From Microbacteriaceae bacterium (GTDB lineage Bacteria > Actinomycetota > Actinomycetes > Actinomycetales > Microbacteriaceae), in NCBI GenBank assembly GCA_947452675.1, contig CANGDL010000006.1, positions 9,886 to 73,885 on the forward strand: a DNA stretch of 64,000 bases, given 5' to 3'. A program made the translations under genes and the position numbers. Below the pieces are notes generated by a model. The model was given only the letters and a program-made list of their open reading frames with translations, was not told the origin of the DNA and made no database searches. Positions 59,749 to 64,000 of this stretch are shown piece by piece; position 1 is the stretch's first letter; every line of letters begins with the position of its first letter.

Positions 59749-61244
59749 GCGATGACCTAACGCAGACCGAAGACGCATTCGAAGACGACCTGCCTGAGCA
59801 GATTGCCGTTCGCATGGCTAAGCGCGAGCGCCTTAACGAAAGCGGCGACGCTTACCCGGTGAGTGTTCCGGTCACCACCACAATCGATGCCGTTCGCGCC
59901 GAGAACCCAGGACTTGAGGCCGACGTTGCCACCGGCAAGACCGTTGGAATCGCCGGCCGAATCGTGTTCCTTCGGAACACCGGAAAACTTTGCTTTGCGA
60001 CCCTTCAGGCTGGTTCAGGTGAGCGCATCCAGGCCATGTTGTCACTCGACAAGGTTGGCGAGGAGCGTTTGCAGGAGTGGAAAGACCTAGTTGACCTAGG
60101 CGACCACGTCTTCGTAGCCGGTGAAGTGATCACCTCAAAGCGTGGTGAGCTTTCGATTCTTGCCGACGAGTGGTTGATGGCTGCAAAGACCATTCGCCCG
60201 CTGCCAAACTTGCATAACGAACTCGGCGAAGAGTTCCGTGTTCGTCACCGCTACATCGACCTAATCGTTCGCGACCGAGCGCGTGAAGTCGTCAAGATTC
60301 GTTCGAAGGTAATGCAGTCACTGCGCCGCACCTTCGAAGAAGAGGCCTACCTTGAGGTCGAAACCCCGATGCTGCAGACCATCCACGGTGGCGCCTCGGC
60401 TCGCCCGTTCAAGACTCACTCGAACGCCTTTGATACGGAGCTTTTCCTTCGCATTGCGCCTGAGCTGTTCCTAAAGCGCGCAGTCGTCGGTGGCATCGAC
60501 CGCGTGTTCGAGATTAACCGAAACTTCCGCAACGAGGGTGCCGACCGTACCCACTCGCCAGAGTTTGCGATGCTCGAGGCCTACCAGGCTTACGGCGACT
60601 ATAACTCAATCGCCGACCTCACTCAGAAGCTAATTCAGAATGCTGCCATGGATGTCTTCGGCACCCACCAGGTTGTTCTTGAAGACGGCACCGTCAACGA
60701 CTTGGGCGGCAACTGGCCTCGCATCTCGATGTATGAATCGCTTTCTGAGGCAGCTGGAGTGACCATCACCCCAGAAACTCCGATGGCGGAATTGAAGAAG
60801 CTAGCCGCATCGGTTTGCATCGAGATCGAGCACCCGCTTGCCGGCAAGTATGTCGAAGAGCTCTGGGAGCACTTCGTCAAGGGTGACCTCGTAAACCCAA
60901 CCTTCGTCATCGACTTCCCGGTTGACACCTCGCCACTCACTCGCGATCACAGATCAAAGTCGGGTGTCGTCGAGAAGTGGGACCTTTACATCCGTGGCTA
61001 CGAGCAGGCCACCGGTTATTCAGAGCTTGTTGACCCGGTTGTTCAGCGCGCACGTTTTGTTGAGCAGGTTACTTTGGCGGCGGCCGGTGACCCTGAGGCA
61101 ATGAAGCTAGACGAGGACTTCTTGAAGGCTCTCGAATTTGGCATGCCACCGTCAGGCGGCATGGGCATGGGTATCGACCGTTTGCTGATGAGCCTTACCG
61201 GGCTTGGCATTCGCGAGACCATCATGTTCCCGTTGGTCAAGTAA
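59745..61244 (+). CDS. lysS: Lysine--tRNA ligase (class II)
   Basis: OB anticodon domain, [21 protein letters not shown]...HSPEF, GMPP.GG.G.GIDRL. Confidence 0.98.
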   Translation: MSDDLTQTEDAFEDDLPEQIAVRMAKRERLNESGDAYPVSVPVTTTIDAVRAENPGLEADVATGKTVGIAGRIVFLRNTGKLCFATLQAGSGERIQAMLSLDKVGEERLQEWKDLVDLGDHVFVAGEVITSKRGELSILADEWLMAAKTIRPLPNLHNELGEEFRVRHRYIDLIVRDRAREVVKIRSKVMQSLRRTFEEEAYLEVETPMLQTIHGGASARPFKTHSNAFDTELFLRIAPELFLKRAVVGGIDRVFEINRNFRNEGADRTHSPEFAMLEAYQAYGDYNSIADLTQKLIQNAAMDVFGTHQVVLEDGTVNDLGGNWPRISMYESLSEAAGVTITPETPMAELKKLAASVCIEIEHPLAGKYVEELWEHFVKGDLVNPTFVIDFPVDTSPLTRDHRSKSGVVEKWDLYIRGYEQATGYSELVDPVVQRARFVEQVTLAAAGDPEAMKLDEDFLKALEFGMPPSGGMGMGIDRLLMSLTGLGIRETIMFPLVK

Positions 61245-61282
61245 CCCACCGTTTTCTCAGGCTCAAGAGTTAGGCTCACCGC

Positions 61283-61471
61283 ATGGACTGGTCAATATTC
61301 TGGGATGCGTTTCTCTCGCTCGTGCCACCGCTTTTGGTTGGTGTTTTGTTCTGGATCATGATGCGATCCATTCTCCGCGCCGATCGAACCGAACGTAAGG
61401 TCTATTCTCAGATCGAAGCCGAGATGCGAGAGGACCTAGCGAAGCAGGAAAAAAACTCAGAAGCAATCTGA
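61283..61471 (+). CDS. Small single-TM hypothetical protein
   Basis: SLVPP..VG.LFW..MRSILRADR.ERK...IEAE, an actinobacterial small-protein pattern; fills the lysS-clpC gap. Confidence 0.7.
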   Translation: MDWSIFWDAFLSLVPPLLVGVLFWIMMRSILRADRTERKVYSQIEAEMREDLAKQEKNSEAI

Positions 61472-61603
61472 GTTTTCTGACTCCGTGTCCGAACCCACGC
61501 CAGTCGTAGATTAACCTTCAAGCGAACAGCCCCCAAAACTCAGGTTTTTCGACCTAACATCTTCATTAGAAGCCTGAAACCAAAGGCTTCGAATGGAGAC
61601 ATG

Positions 61604-64000
61604 ATGTTCGAGAAATTTACCGACAAGGCTCGTCGCGTTGTTGTGCTTGCGCAAGAAGAAGCCAAGCTTCTAAACCACAACTACATCGGCACCGAGCACA
61701 TTCTTTTGGGTTTGATTCACGAGGGTGAAGGTGTCGCAGCCAAGGCCCTGGAGTCGCTCGGCATCAACCTTGACTCGGTGCGCCAGCAGGTGCAGGAGAT
61801 CATCGGTCAGGGTCAGCAGGCTCCGGCCGGGCACATCCCTTTCACGCCTCGCGCCAAAAAGGTTCTTGAGCTTTCGCTGCGCGAGGCACTTCAGCTTGGC
61901 CACTCATACATCGGCACCGAGCACCTACTTCTTGGCCTCATCCGCGAGGGTGAAGGCGTAGCCGCTCAGGTTCTAACCAAGCTCGGCGCAGACACCAACC
62001 GTGTTCGCCAGCAGGTCATCCAGTTGCTTTCTGGTTTCCAGGGCAAAGAGACCGTTGCGGTCGGTGGCGACAACACCGAGAAGCAAAAGGGTTCGCAGAT
62101 TCTTGACCAGTTCGGTCGCAACCTCACTCAGGCAGCAGCCGATGGCAAGCTTGACCCAGTTATCGGTCGCGAGCGCGAAATCGAGCGCGTGATGCAGATT
62201 CTTTCTCGCCGCGGCAAGAACAACCCGATTCTCATTGGCGAGCCAGGCGTTGGCAAGACCGCGGTTGTCGAGGGCTTGGCCCAGGCAATCGTGAACGGCA
62301 ACGTTCCTGAGACTCTTAAGGGTAAGCAGCTTTACACCCTAGACATGGGTTCGCTTATCGCCGGTTCACGCTACCGCGGTGACTTCGAGGAGCGTCTAAA
62401 GAAGGTCACCAAGGAGATTCGCACTCGCGGCGACATCATTACCTTCATCGATGAAATCCACACTCTTGTTGGCGCTGGCGCCGCAGAGGGTGCAATCGAT
62501 GCCGCTTCGATCCTCAAGCCGCTTTTGGCACGCGGTGAACTTCAGACCATTGGTGCAACCACCTTGGATGAATACCGCAAGCACTTCGAAAAAGACGCTG
62601 CACTAACCCGACGCTTCCAGCAGGTAATGGTGAACGAGCCATCCTTGCCAATGGCAATCAACATTTTGAAGGGCCTTCGCGACCGGTATGAGGTGCACCA
62701 CAAGGTCTCAATCACGGATGGCGCGATTGTTGCGGCAGCTCAGCTTTCAGATCGTTACGTAACCGATCGCTTCCTACCAGACAAGGCAATTGACCTCATC
62801 GATGAAGCCGGCGCTCGCCTGCGCCTCTCGATTTTGTCTTCGCCGCCTGAGCTTCGCGAAATCGAGGAGCAGATCGTGGCAATCAAGGTTGCCAAGGAGA
62901 AGGCAATCGAGGACCAGGATTTCGAATTGGCAGCCTCTAAGCGCGACGAAGAGAAGAAGCTGAATATCGAGCGCGTCAAGCGTGAGAAGCAGTTCCGTCA
63001 GGGCAACGTTGCAGCGCAGGGAATTGTTGACGAAGGGCTGATTGCCGAGGTTCTTGCTCAGGCAACCGGCATTCCGGTGTTCAAGTTGACCGAGGAGGAG
63101 AGCGCAAAACTCATCTTCATGGAAGACGAACTACACAAGCGTGTTATTGGCCAGGAGGACGCCATTGCGGCGATCTCGAAGTCGATCCGTCGCCAGCGTG
63201 CCGGCCTAAAGGATCCAAACCGACCATCTGGTTCGTTCATCTTCGCTGGCCCTACCGGTGTCGGAAAGACCGAGCTTGCCAAGGCGTTGGCCGAGTTCTT
63301 GTTTGACGACGAGAACGCGCTTATTTCGCTTGACATGTCAGAGTATGGCGAGAAGCACACCGTCAGCCGTCTATTCGGTGCCCCTCCGGGCTTCGTAGGC
63401 TTCGAGGAGGGTGGCCAGCTAACCGAGAAGGTGCGCCGCAAGCCATTCAGCGTTGTCTTGTTCGATGAGATCGAGAAGGCTCACCCAGACATCTTCAACT
63501 CGCTACTTCAGATTCTTGAAGAGGGTCGTTTGACCGATGGCCAGGGTCGTGTTGTTGACTTCAAGAACACCATCATCATCATGACCACCAACCTCGGAAC
63601 CCGTGATATTTCACGCGGAACAATGGGCTTCGCGCTCGAAGGTGATTCAGCCAACGAGTATGAGCGCATGAAGGGTAAGGTCAACGAAGAGTTGAAGAAG
63701 AGCTTCCGCCCTGAGTTCCTAAACCGCGTCGACGAAACCATCGTGTTCCCGCAGCTAACCAAGCTAGAGCTTGTTCAGATCGTAGATCTTTTCATCAAGC
63801 GCCTAGCCGTTCGACTCGAAGACCGCGACATGACAATCGAGGTGTCACAGGCCGCGAAGGATCGTTTGATCGAGATTGGTTTCGACCCAACCCTTGGTGC
63901 GCGTCCTTTGCGTCGTGCCGTTCAGCGTGAGGTGGAAGACAAGCTATCCGAGCAGATTCTGCACGGTCAGCTCTTGAACGCCCACCACGTGAAGGTCGAC
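61604..64000 (+). CDS. clpC: ATP-dependent Clp protease ATP-binding subunit ClpC (runs off window)
   Basis: Manual translation [64 protein letters not shown]. Confidence 0.97.
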   Translation, partial: MFEKFTDKARRVVVLAQEEAKLLNHNYIGTEHILLGLIHEGEGVAAKALESLGINLDSVRQQVQEIIGQGQQAPAGHIPFTPRAKKVLELSLREALQLGHSYIGTEHLLLGLIREGEGVAAQVLTKLGADTNRVRQQVIQLLSGFQGKETVAVGGDNTEKQKGSQILDQFGRNLTQAAADGKLDPVIGREREIERVMQILSRRGKNNPILIGEPGVGKTAVVEGLAQAIVNGNVPETLKGKQLYTLDMGSLIAGSRYRGDFEERLKKVTKEIRTRGDIITFIDEIHTLVGAGAAEGAIDAASILKPLLARGELQTIGATTLDEYRKHFEKDAALTRRFQQVMVNEPSLPMAINILKGLRDRYEVHHKVSITDGAIVAAAQLSDRYVTDRFLPDKAIDLIDEAGARLRLSILSSPPELREIEEQIVAIKVAKEKAIEDQDFELAASKRDEEKKLNIERVKREKQFRQGNVAAQGIVDEGLIAEVLAQATGIPVFKLTEEESAKLIFMEDELHKRVIGQEDAIAAISKSIRRQRAGLKDPNRPSGSFIFAGPTGVGKTELAKALAEFLFDDENALISLDMSEYGEKHTVSRLFGAPPGFVGFEEGGQLTEKVRRKPFSVVLFDEIEKAHPDIFNSLLQILEEGRLTDGQGRVVDFKNTIIIMTTNLGTRDISRGTMGFALEGDSANEYERMKGKVNEELKKSFRPEFLNRVDETIVFPQLTKLELVQIVDLFIKRLAVRLEDRDMTIEVSQAAKDRLIEIGFDPTLGARPLRRAVQREVEDKLSEQILHGQLLNAHHVKVD

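Overview
Actinobacterial chromosome segment. Gene order, compact spacing and a moderate GC content (about 55% by eye) suggest a small-genome freshwater Microbacteriaceae such as Rhodoluna/Aquiluna (inference). Core backbone: purD(partial), purF-purM, DUF3073, tandem crcB, tRNA Glu-Asp-Phe, NlpC/P60, ppa, tilS-hpt-ftsH-folEPBK-DUF3180-DUF2520-panC-lysS and clpC(partial). Between purM and DUF3073 lies a ~33 kb accessory region with no integrase. Its left ~24 kb (8087-31744) looks like one uncharacterised catabolic system. It encodes a sugar-type ABC importer, an SDR, three Zn-dependent MDRs, a PRISE-type enone reductase, an M24-fold protein with an Asp->Cys metal-ligand change, an orphan EboE TIM barrel, a beta-hydroxyacid dehydrogenase, two VOC proteins, a fused ThDP E1 plus E2, SSADH and PEPCK. 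A 19-bp operator-like palindrome (TGTTCA-N7-TNAACA) is found by eye in five copies across four intergenic regions of this block. Working hypothesis: import and oxidation of a cyclitol/polyol, with ThDP cleavage to C2 + C4 and gluconeogenic entry. No CRISPR, rRNA, transposase or integrase was seen. All product calls come from motif recognition, not database searches.
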